From assembly GCA_002308935.1 (NCBI GenBank), contig DBWN01000069.1, forward strand, positions 1-41,531: a stretch of 41,531 nt of DNA. The letters run 5' to 3'. Of the stretch, positions 1 to 7,408 are shown one piece after another. Position 1 is the first letter of the stretch. Every line of letters starts with the position of its first letter. The notes under the pieces are model-generated. The model ran no database searches. It saw only the letters and a list, made by a program, of their open reading frames with translations, and was not told the origin of the DNA. This stretch comes from Bacteroidales bacterium UBA1237 (GTDB lineage Bacteria; Bacteroidota; Bacteroidia; Bacteroidales; UBA932). The translations under genes were made by a program, and so were the position numbers.

Positions 1-288
1 GACACCGCCCACGGCAACCAGATCAGCAAGTCCTCCCTGCTGCTCGCTGAGGAGGAGACAGTAAGATCATTCCCCATGGAAGCCGAGTATTTCCCCGCTT
101 ACGAGATAATGATGGATGAGCTTAGGGATTACCGCTTCTATGACGCTGACATGGTGCATCCCTCGACTGTCGCCGTCGACTACATTTGGGAAAAGTTCTG
201 TGAAACCTATTTCACTCCCGGACAGATCGAGGAAATGAAAAAAGCCGAGAAGATCTGGCGGAGAAGCCAGCATCGGCCCTTGCACTGA
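1..288 (+). CDS. GSCFA-domain protein, C-terminal part (5' end outside window)
   Basis: Frame 1 is open from base 1: DTAHGNQISKSSLLLA...YFPAYEIMMDELRDYRFY...DMVHPS, matching the C-terminal motifs of the Bacteroidetes GSCFA family. Confidence 0.85.
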   Translation, partial: DTAHGNQISKSSLLLAEEETVRSFPMEAEYFPAYEIMMDELRDYRFYDADMVHPSTVAVDYIWEKFCETYFTPGQIEEMKKAEKIWRRSQHRPLH

Positions 289-314
289 TACATGCCTTAT
301 TAATCATTGGATAT

Positions 315-348
315 CGGGTGGCCGGACTCCGGTCATCCGGATTTTTTT
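315..348 (+). terminator. Rho-independent terminator after the GSCFA gene
   Basis: Stem CGGGTGGCCGG/CCGGTCATCCG (with G-U pairs), 3-nt loop, then T7. Confidence 0.7.
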
Positions 349-357
349 AAGATGTTT

Positions 358-385
358 TGTAACCATATGGCCTTCCCGACTGTAT
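358..385 (+). promoter_or_regulatory. Putative ECF-sigma (autoregulatory) promoter
   Basis: TGTAAC-N17-TGTAT just upstream of the ECF gene, resembling the -35 AAC / -10 (C/T)GT pattern of ECF promoters. Confidence 0.4.
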
Positions 386-415
386 GAATGGTGTAATTAC
401 ATCTCCCGCTCATAT

Positions 416-880
416 ATGAGGATTGAAACGGAAATACTGATCGAGAAATACAGGGACGCTGTTTTCGCTCTCTCTTATTGCATCTGCAAGGATCACGAGG
501 AGGCGGACGACATAGTCCAGGATGTTTTCGTGAAGTACCATTTCTGTGACAAGGAGTTCGAATCGGAGCGGCACATCCGTTCATGGCTCGGCAAAGTGGC
601 AGTAAACCTTTCCCGGAACCGCAATATGTGTTTCTGGAGAAGCAGGAAGGAGTCTATCGAGGAATACAGCAAAAGCCTGGTATTCGAAAGCGAGGAGGAC
701 AGGGATCTTTTCACGGCGGTAATGTCCTTACCCCAAAAGTACAGGACAGTCCTTCACCTTTATTATTACGAAGGGTATTCCGTCAAGGAGATTTCAAAGA
801 TGCTCCTCATCTCTGAATCCAATGCCAAGATAAGACTGAGCCGTGGGCGTGAAAAGCTCAAATCAATTATCGGAAAATGA
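416..880 (+). CDS. ECF RNA polymerase sigma-70 factor
   Basis: 154 aa. Region 2 (ADDIVQDVF...SWLGKVAVN) and region 4 (LPQKYRTVLHLYYYEGYSVKEIS...RLSRGREKL). Confidence 0.95.
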   Translation: MRIETEILIEKYRDAVFALSYCICKDHEEADDIVQDVFVKYHFCDKEFESERHIRSWLGKVAVNLSRNRNMCFWRSRKESIEEYSKSLVFESEEDRDLFTAVMSLPQKYRTVLHLYYYEGYSVKEISKMLLISESNAKIRLSRGREKLKSIIGK

Positions 881-887
881 ATTAATT

Positions 888-1475
888 ATGGACAAGACAT
901 CTGAAAGAGAAAGGTACATGAGGGCGTTCTCCGCCATTCATCATGAAGGGGAAATCAATCTGGAACAGAAACATTCCGGACTCAGACCGGCAGTCGCAGC
1001 CGGCTTGGCGGTAGCTCTTGCCATCGGATGTACTACTGCGGTGGTGACCAATTACCGTACTATAAAGAGTTTCTTCACATTCGGGAACAACGCCACGATA
1101 TCTCTGGTAGAAGAGGAAGACGGAACGAGAGGGACAATTGTGGAACTTCATACCGAGGATATCACTCCTCCTGCAGAATTCAAGGACGGCAGGCTATATT
1201 TCACTGCCTATGGAGAGAACCTTGACATAACGGACAAGGTATCGGTAGATGAAGGGTTCATCTACACACACGAGGTTGATGAATTTGTAAGTTGGGTCGT
1301 GGTCGGCTTGAATGAGAAAGACAATCCCGGCAACTTCGGTTTCGCGGAGTTCTACAGGACCCCTGAAGGAAAAGTGGTGGGGTATTCAGCAAGAACGAAT
1401 CTTGGTGAAGACAACAAAGGGCTTCCGTGGTTGGAGAAAGCCAAGAAGAAACTGGGTGTGGCGGTAGCCGAATGA
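888..1475 (+). CDS. Putative membrane-anchored anti-sigma factor
   Basis: ATG at 888, 7 nt after the sigma stop. Short cytoplasmic N-terminus, one hydrophobic helix (AVAAGLAVALAIGCTTAVV), then a soluble domain. Function inferred from position. Confidence 0.65.
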   Translation: MDKTSERERYMRAFSAIHHEGEINLEQKHSGLRPAVAAGLAVALAIGCTTAVVTNYRTIKSFFTFGNNATISLVEEEDGTRGTIVELHTEDITPPAEFKDGRLYFTAYGENLDITDKVSVDEGFIYTHEVDEFVSWVVVGLNEKDNPGNFGFAEFYRTPEGKVVGYSARTNLGEDNKGLPWLEKAKKKLGVAVAE

Positions 1476-1490
1476 TCCTCCCAGGCCTAT

Positions 1491-1543
1491 AAAAGAAACT
1501 TGACGGCGGGCAGCCTTTTGGGGCTCCGCCGTCAGTTGTTTCT
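1491..1543. terminator. Bidirectional terminator between the anti-sigma gene and dsbD
   Basis: TGACGGCGG...CCGCCGTCA inverted repeat with an A-rich left flank and T-rich right flank, between convergent genes. Confidence 0.8.
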
Positions 1544-1559
1544 GTATCATCAAGAACAG

Positions 1560-3575
1560 TTATCTTACCGCGTTGGCTTCAATTCCGGACTGCAGGAACT
1601 TCACGAAACCGTCCACGTCAAGGTTGTATCCCCTTATGGGCACCAGCTGTTCACCTTCAGGAGAGAGAAGAGCGTAATTCGGCTGGGCGTTGACACCGAA
1701 GCGGGTCCTTACCAGATAGGAGTTCACCCTTCCGAAGTCCTTGAGGATCTTGCCGTTGTCCGTGGTGACCCATTCGCTCTCGTCCAGTTTCGACTTGTCG
1801 TCGGTATAAAGGGCGACTATCACATAGTCGTTGCGCAGGATCTCAAGCACCTTGGGGTCGGACCAGACCCTCTGCTCCATTTCCCGGCAGTTGACGCATC
1901 CGTGTCCGGTGATGTCGACGAAGATGGGCTTCCCTTCCTCCTTGGCGGCCTGGATGCCTTCCTCAAGGGTGAAGTATCCGGAAAGCCCCAACGGAAGTTC
2001 CAGTCCGAAGCGCTCCGCTGTGTTGCTCTTTATAGCGGAAGCCGTACTTCCTGATACGGCCAGCGGACCGTCAGCGTGGTTGTACACCACGAAATCCTGG
2101 GTCTGTATGGGAGGGAGATAGCCTGAGAGGGCCTTGAGAGGCGCTCCCCACATTCCGGGGATGAGGTAAACCACGAAAGTGAATACCGCGATCGAGAGAG
2201 TGAGTCTCAGGACTGACAGAGGTTTCTCTCCGGGGTCGTCGTTCTTGAAGCGGATCTTGCCGAGAAGGTACATTCCAAGAAGGAAGAATACCACGATCCA
2301 GATCGCCAGATAGATCTCCCTGTCAAGGAGTCCCCAGTGGTAGGTCTGGTCGGCGGTGCTGAGGAACTTGAATCCCAGCGCCACCTCGATGAATCCCAGC
2401 ACAACCTTGACTGAGTTCAGCCAGCTTCCGCTCTTTAGTTTCTTCAGGATGGAAGGGAACATCGCGAAGATGGTGAAGGGGAGTGCGAATGCCACCGAGA
2501 AGGCGAGCATCGTTATCATCGGTGTCCAGAATTCGCCCTGGGTCGACTTGATCAGCACTGATCCCACTATAGGGCCGGTGCAGGAGAATGAAACGAGCAC
2601 CAGGGTGAGCGCCATGAAGAAGATTCCGGCGAGACCGCCTTTGTCTGACTTCTGGTCACTCTTGTTCACGAGCGAAGAGGGGAGTGTGATTTCAAAAGCC
2701 CCGAAGAAGGATGCGGCGAACACCATGAAGACGATGAAGAATATGATGTTCGGCAGCCAATGTGTCGCAAGCCAGTTGAAGATGTCGGCGGTCACCGCGT
2801 CACCTCCAAGAATCCAAGTGAGGAGTATGATCACGGAGATCGGGACAGTGTAGAGGAGCACTATGAAAAGCCCGTACATGAAAGCCTTGAACCTTCCTGC
2901 CGCCGGAGAAGCCGAACCCTTCATGAAGAAGGAGATCGTCATGGGCACCATCGGGAATACGCAGGGGGTCAGAAGCATCGCGAAGCCCCACAGAATGGCC
3001 TCGATGATGAGTCCCCAAAGGGATTTGGAGCCGTCATCGCCTTGAGTCGGGTCCTCAATCACTGTAGAATGAGAATCTGCTGCAAGTGCTTTTCTTTCAG
3101 CGCGTGAAACTTTTTTGTTTTTAGCGCTAACATTTTTGTTAGCACCGTTTTTGACCTCCAGACTGAATTCATAGTCGTTCGGAGGAGTGCAATATGTGTC
3201 GGAACAGGATATCCACGACACCATGCCTTTTATGGAGGGGTTGCCTGACGACACCCTTATCTTCTGGCCTATCTTTATTTCTCCGAAGAACACCTTGTCT
3301 CCGTCCAGTTCAGTGCTCTCTGAGAGCTCGTAGGGATCCCCTTCCAGGACATATCCGGTGGGGGAATCGAACTCGACCGTAGTGGCGGAGTATTTGTTCT
3401 TCAGGTCGTAGGTATGCCAGCCGTTCTCTATCTTTCCTGTGAAGACCACTTCATAGAGATCACCTTCAACCTGTTTGACCTCGCTCTTCCAGTGTACAGT
3501 CTGATCAGGAGCCTGAGCCAGGCAGAATAGAGCTCCCGTCAAGAAGAGTGCTATACCCGATAAGAATCTTTTCAT
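1560..3575 (-). CDS. dsbD: Thiol:disulfide interchange protein DsbD (DsbD-N + CcdA membrane domain + thioredoxin)
   Basis: Signal peptide MKRFLSGIALFLTGALFCLAQA; N-domain CSDTYC; membrane cysteines in TPCVFPMVP and SCTGP; C-terminal thioredoxin motif GCVNC. Confidence 0.93.
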   Translation of the reverse strand: MKRFLSGIALFLTGALFCLAQAPDQTVHWKSEVKQVEGDLYEVVFTGKIENGWHTYDLKNKYSATTVEFDSPTGYVLEGDPYELSESTELDGDKVFFGEIKIGQKIRVSSGNPSIKGMVSWISCSDTYCTPPNDYEFSLEVKNGANKNVSAKNKKVSRAERKALAADSHSTVIEDPTQGDDGSKSLWGLIIEAILWGFAMLLTPCVFPMVPMTISFFMKGSASPAAGRFKAFMYGLFIVLLYTVPISVIILLTWILGGDAVTADIFNWLATHWLPNIIFFIVFMVFAASFFGAFEITLPSSLVNKSDQKSDKGGLAGIFFMALTLVLVSFSCTGPIVGSVLIKSTQGEFWTPMITMLAFSVAFALPFTIFAMFPSILKKLKSGSWLNSVKVVLGFIEVALGFKFLSTADQTYHWGLLDREIYLAIWIVVFFLLGMYLLGKIRFKNDDPGEKPLSVLRLTLSIAVFTFVVYLIPGMWGAPLKALSGYLPPIQTQDFVVYNHADGPLAVSGSTASAIKSNTAERFGLELPLGLSGYFTLEEGIQAAKEEGKPIFVDITGHGCVNCREMEQRVWSDPKVLEILRNDYVIVALYTDDKSKLDESEWVTTDNGKILKDFGRVNSYLVRTRFGVNAQPNYALLSPEGEQLVPIRGYNLDVDGFVKFLQSGIEANAVR

Positions 3576-3615
3576 GATCGTTTTCGTTGGGGAATGCTTT
3601 GTCGGTTGTCCGTTC

Positions 3616-3650
3616 AAAAAACATACGGCCTCCCCGGAGAGGAAGGCCGT
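3616..3650 (-). terminator. Terminator-like hairpin after rny
   Basis: ACGGCCT...AGGCCGT stem, followed on the minus strand by ATGTTTTTT. Confidence 0.65.
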
Positions 3651-3665
3651 TGCAAGCGTAAGCGA

Positions 3666-5207
3666 TTACTTCGCGTATGCGACTGACCTGGTCTCTCGGA
3701 TTACGGTGATCTTCACCTGTCCGGGATAGGTCATTTCGTTCTGGATCTTCAGAGCGATGTCTGAAGAGAGGGTAGCGGCCTGCTGGTCGGAGACTTCCTC
3801 CGCTCCAACGATGACCCTGAGTTCCCTTCCCGCCTGGATGGCGTAGCTCTTGGTGACTCCGGGATAGGAGGCGGCGAGGTCTTCCATTCCTTTGAGCCTC
3901 TTGATGTAAGACTCGATGACTTCACGCCTTGCACCGGGCCTTGCTCCGGAGATCGCGTCACCCACCATGACGATAGGGGATATTATGGAAGTCATCTCCA
4001 TCTCCTCGTGGTGAGCTCCGATCGCGTTGCAGATCTCGGGACGCTCCTTGTACTGCTCAGCGAGCTTCATACCGAGTATGGCGTGAGGAAGTTCAGGCTC
4101 GTCCTCAGATACTTTTCCGATATCGTGGAGGAGTCCTGCCCTCTTGGCGACTTTCGGGTTGAGACCGAGTTCAGAGGCCATTATGGCGCAGATGTTGGCG
4201 ACTTCACGAGAGTGCTGGAGAAGGTTCTGTCCATAGGAAGAACGGTACTTCATCCTTCCGATGAGGCGTACAAGTTCGATGTTCATACCGTGGATTCCCA
4301 GGTCTATGCAGGTCCTCTTTCCGGTCTCAAGGATCTCGTCCTCAAGCTGTTTCTGGACCTTGGTCACGACTTCCTCGATCCTTGCGGGGTGGATTCTGCC
4401 GTCGGTGACAAGCTGATGGAGAGAGAGTCTGGCGACTTCCCTTCTTACGGGGTCGAAAGCGGAAAGAAGGATAGCGTCAGGAGTGTCGTCGACTACGATC
4501 TCAACTCCGGTAGCAGCCTCAAGGGCCCTGATGTTGCGGCCTTCACGTCCGATGATCCTGCCCTTGATCTCGTCATTGTCGATGGGGAAAGTGGTGACGG
4601 CGTTCTCGATGGCGGTCTCGGTGGCGGTCCTCTGGATGGTGTTGATGACTATCCTCTTGGCCTCCTTGGTGGCGTTGAGCCTGGCTTCGTCCATCGTGTC
4701 GTTGATGTATGCCTGGGCTTCTGTACGGGCCTCGGCCTTCATGTTCTCCACCAGAAGGGCCTTGGCTTCAGCCGCGGTCATGCCGGCGATGTTCTCGATC
4801 TGCTTGTTGACGTCGTCTTTGAGTTTCTCGTATTCTTCAGCCTTCTTGGCGAGGTTCTCCCTCTGCTGTGCGAGGCTGTTCTTGGCGTTCTCGGCGTCAC
4901 GGAGTTTCTTCTGGAGCTCGTTGTTCTGTTGTCCGAGGGTGTTCTCCTTCTGCCTTATGCGGTTCTCAGCGTCCTTGATGGCGCTGTTCTTCTCGTTCAC
5001 CCACTTTTCGTGGTCTGATTTGAGCTGGAGGTATTTCTCCTTGGCCTGAAGGATCTTCTCCTTCTTGATGTTCTCGCCCTCGAGTTCCGCCTTCTCGATA
5101 ATCTCGTCCCTGCGGCCTTTGAGGACTATTCTACGAACTATGAGGAAAACGCCGATGGCAACTGCTGCCCCAATTACGACGCCGATCAGTAATGAAAGTA
5201 AGTCCAT
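3666..5207 (-). CDS. rny: Ribonuclease Y
   Basis: N-terminal TM helix ([19 protein letters not shown]), coiled coil, KH motif [15 protein letters not shown] motif LLHDIGK, C-terminus [12 protein letters not shown]. Confidence 0.97.
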   Translation of the reverse strand: MDLLSLLIGVVIGAAVAIGVFLIVRRIVLKGRRDEIIEKAELEGENIKKEKILQAKEKYLQLKSDHEKWVNEKNSAIKDAENRIRQKENTLGQQNNELQKKLRDAENAKNSLAQQRENLAKKAEEYEKLKDDVNKQIENIAGMTAAEAKALLVENMKAEARTEAQAYINDTMDEARLNATKEAKRIVINTIQRTATETAIENAVTTFPIDNDEIKGRIIGREGRNIRALEAATGVEIVVDDTPDAILLSAFDPVRREVARLSLHQLVTDGRIHPARIEEVVTKVQKQLEDEILETGKRTCIDLGIHGMNIELVRLIGRMKYRSSYGQNLLQHSREVANICAIMASELGLNPKVAKRAGLLHDIGKVSEDEPELPHAILGMKLAEQYKERPEICNAIGAHHEEMEMTSIISPIVMVGDAISGARPGARREVIESYIKRLKGMEDLAASYPGVTKSYAIQAGRELRVIVGAEEVSDQQAATLSSDIALKIQNEMTYPGQVKITVIRETRSVAYAK

Positions 5208-5272
5208 GTCCGTTACATGTGTTATGTAAATATATATTGTGTTTAATTGTCCTTGCTCCGGGGAAGGGGCAC

Positions 5273-5308
5273 AAAAAAGTGGCGGCCTTCCTTCCGGGAA
5301 GCCGTCAC
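5273..5308 (-). terminator. Rho-independent terminator downstream of 6S RNA
   Basis: Minus strand GTGACGGC-TTCCCGGAAGGAAG-GCCGCCAC followed by TTTTTT. Confidence 0.75.
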
Positions 5309-5343
5309 CGTGTATGGAACACACCTGATGGTGTGATTTGAAA

Positions 5344-5538
5344 GGAAATAAGCCGCCTGGTCACAGGTCAGAAAAATCTCTGATATAAAGATTTGAGCTC
5401 CGTGCCGTTTCAGTAATCCGGTGTTCCGCTAAGCGGAATCCCCCTCGCGGGGTACTCCGGCCCGCCATCCGCGGCTCAAGTACACTCGGTTCCGTAGAAC
5501 GTGTTGTTTTCAGCCCGGGTGCCGGCGGCTTTCTTTCC
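5344..5538 (-). ncRNA. ssrS: 6S RNA (probable)
   Basis: About 195 nt immediately after the zapA stop. The 5' end (GGAAAGAAAGCCGCC) pairs with the 3' end (GGCGGCTTATTTCC); an inner stem TTGAGC/GCTCAA flanks a poorly paired central region. Position downstream of zapA is the established 6S synteny. Confidence 0.8.
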
Positions 5539-5539
5539 G

Positions 5540-5821
5540 TCAATTATTGTCAAGATATGAATCCGTCTCTTCCTGTAGAGCCTTCAAGTCCTTCTGGAGG
5601 GATTCCATCTTCCTTTGCAGGTTGATGCTGTCGATCGTCTCGTTGAGGGCTACGAAGGACATGATGTCGATCATGTTCTTTCCCGGATACTTGGCAAGGT
5701 ATCCTGAAAGTCTCTTGTTTATCGCACCTGCTGCCATGCGGATCAGTTGCTCCTGATCCGCGTCAGCGGCATTGAAGGCGTAGTCCCTCTCTGCTATGCG
5801 AACTGTGATCTTCTGCGCCAT
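5540..5821 (-). CDS. zapA: Cell division protein ZapA
   Basis: 93 aa: KITVRIAERDY...EQLIRMAAGAINKRL...IMSFVALN, then a coiled coil; upstream of 6S and rny. Confidence 0.9.
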   Translation of the reverse strand: MAQKITVRIAERDYAFNAADADQEQLIRMAAGAINKRLSGYLAKYPGKNMIDIMSFVALNETIDSINLQRKMESLQKDLKALQEETDSYLDNN

Positions 5822-5824
5822 GTC

Positions 5825-6097
5825 CTATTTTTCAAGCAAGGAGATGCAGTTGTCTATCTCCTTGATCAACTTATCAATCTTCTCCTTAGCATCCGCGCTT
5901 GCTGCGGATGAGGCGGTAAAGGCTTCAGTCAGTTTCAGATTATCAACTTGTCTTTCCAATTCGGTAATCCGCTTCCCATAGGCCTCATTGAGGGACTTCT
6001 CTTTCGAGAGCTCCTCCTCAAGGCGGATGCGTGCATCACGCTCATTCTCGTAACGGGCGATGAGCCTTTCAATGCTTTTCTTTATATCTTCGAGCAT
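5825..6097 (-). CDS. Small coiled-coil protein (ZapB-like)
   Basis: 90 aa, heptad-rich, ending KIDKLIKEIDNCISLL; 3 nt upstream of zapA, the usual Bacteroidetes arrangement. Confidence 0.8.
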   Translation of the reverse strand: MLEDIKKSIERLIARYENERDARIRLEEELSKEKSLNEAYGKRITELERQVDNLKLTEAFTASSAASADAKEKIDKLIKEIDNCISLLEK

Positions 6098-6127
6098 CTT
6101 CCTTCAGTCACTTGGCCTATTATTGTG

Positions 6128-6135
6128 CAAAAATA
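6128..6135 (-). promoter_or_regulatory. Bacteroidetes primary sigma -7 element for the zap/6S/rny block
   Basis: TATTTTTG (TAnnTTTG) on the minus strand, about 30 nt before the start codon. Confidence 0.65.
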
Positions 6136-6250
6136 ACAATAATATTTTTCAAATCAACATGTTTTTGCGTCCGGTCTGAATTCTTGCTATAGCACGGTTT
6201 TTGGAAAAGAGTAGTAGAACACGCAGTTGTGTTCCATTTGTGAAATCGAG

Positions 6251-6790
6251 ATGAAGAAGACTGTTTTGACACTTTTTCTGGCTTTGTCCGCCCTTGTGGC
6301 CATGCCACGGACGGAATGCCTTGCCGCTGTACCTGCCCCTCAAGAGATCACGAAGGATTCCGGAGTGGCTTCTCTTCTGGTGAGGAACAGGGAACTGACA
6401 GGACTGAAGATGCGTTCTCTGGGCGGTGCCTGGATAAAACTTCTCGGTAAACTTGCCGGAGCCGGCAGTGAAGACCCCGATGTGATGAGGATCCTCTCCG
6501 GCATCGGCGGGATCAACCGTATCCTTGTAGTCGATATCTCCGAATGCAGCGTCTCCGACAAGGAAGAATTCCTCTCCGACCTCAATTCTCTTCTCTCCAG
6601 GTCTGAAAAGATGTTCGAAGGGAAAGATGGCCCGGAGTCCCTGGGAATATACGGGATTCCGGACAACGGGGAAGACAAGAAAGTGAGGGACATAGTCCTG
6701 ATCCCGAAGAGCGGGACTACTTTCATCTTCGCTGTGGGAGGAGCCACATCTTCTCTGCTTTCTTCAATTATGTCCGCTGACACTATCTGA
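6251..6790 (+). CDS. Secreted protein, DUF4252-like
   Basis: Signal peptide MKKTVLTLFLALSALVA; size and pattern (IKLLGKLA...INRILVVD...VRDIVLI) recall DUF4252. Confidence 0.6.
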   Translation: MKKTVLTLFLALSALVAMPRTECLAAVPAPQEITKDSGVASLLVRNRELTGLKMRSLGGAWIKLLGKLAGAGSEDPDVMRILSGIGGINRILVVDISECSVSDKEEFLSDLNSLLSRSEKMFEGKDGPESLGIYGIPDNGEDKKVRDIVLIPKSGTTFIFAVGGATSSLLSSIMSADTI

Positions 6791-6817
6791 TGAACTGTTC
6801 TTAAAGAATCAATTGAA

Positions 6818-7327
6818 ATGAAAAGGTATATAATATTGCTTTTCACTCTACTTGCCGTCTCTTTCAATGGAATCATCTTGAATGCTTCCACCGGGAAGGA
6901 CAATCCGGTTTCCATTTTGGTATCAGAGTATTCTGAAGCGGAGGGGATGAGGGTGTCAACCCTCGCCAAGAGCATTCAGCCTCTCCTTCAGGGACTGGCT
7001 TCATTCTTCTCCGAAATCACCGGAAAAGACCAGGAGGTACCCGAGATCGGTGATGCCGAAAGAATGATCGTAATGGATTACACCGCTTGCGATCCTTCCG
7101 TGATGACCGCTTTCGTCACTGACCTCACCACCATCCTCGAAAAGGCCGAACTGATTCTTGGAACAGGGAAGGCTTTCGGAAAAGCCGGAGTATGGTCTGT
7201 AAAGGACGGGGACGTCGAGGACGGGACCGTCGTCATCCATTACCCTGACATGTGCAGGGTGATAATCCTGCTCGGGGACAAATACCGTTCGTCTTCAGCC
7301 GAGGACGACCCTGACAGGCTTTTCTGA
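6818..7327 (+). CDS. Secreted protein, DUF4252-like (tandem paralogue)
   Basis: Signal peptide MKRYIILLFTLLAVSF; EYSEAEGMRVSTL...ERMIVMDYTAC parallels the upstream gene. Confidence 0.6.
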   Translation: MKRYIILLFTLLAVSFNGIILNASTGKDNPVSILVSEYSEAEGMRVSTLAKSIQPLLQGLASFFSEITGKDQEVPEIGDAERMIVMDYTACDPSVMTAFVTDLTTILEKAELILGTGKAFGKAGVWSVKDGDVEDGTVVIHYPDMCRVIILLGDKYRSSSAEDDPDRLF

Positions 7328-7343
7328 TCCGCAAGATGGAATA

Positions 7344-7388
7344 TGAGAAGGACCGGCATCCGTTCGGATACCGGCCCTTCTCAATTTT
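7344..7388. terminator. Terminator between the convergent DUF4252-like gene and bglX
   Basis: Long stem TGAGAAGG-ACCGG...CCGG-CCCTTCTCA followed by ATTTT. Confidence 0.75.
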
Positions 7389-7408
7389 GGCGTATTGCAG
7401 ACTCCTGA

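Noticed and set aside
1500-2054. 184-aa plus-strand ORF
   Set aside because: Starts inside a terminator hairpin and lies antisense to dsbD.
4008-5018. 336-aa plus-strand ORF (and 4483-5049)
   Set aside because: Antisense shadow of rny, expected from strong codon bias; no recognisable motifs.
5361-5543. 60-aa minus-strand ORF between zapA and rny
   Set aside because: Coincides with the self-complementary 6S-like RNA and has no protein features.
6340-6975. 211-aa minus-strand ORF
   Set aside because: Antisense to two signal-peptide genes; Ser/Pro-rich shadow composition.
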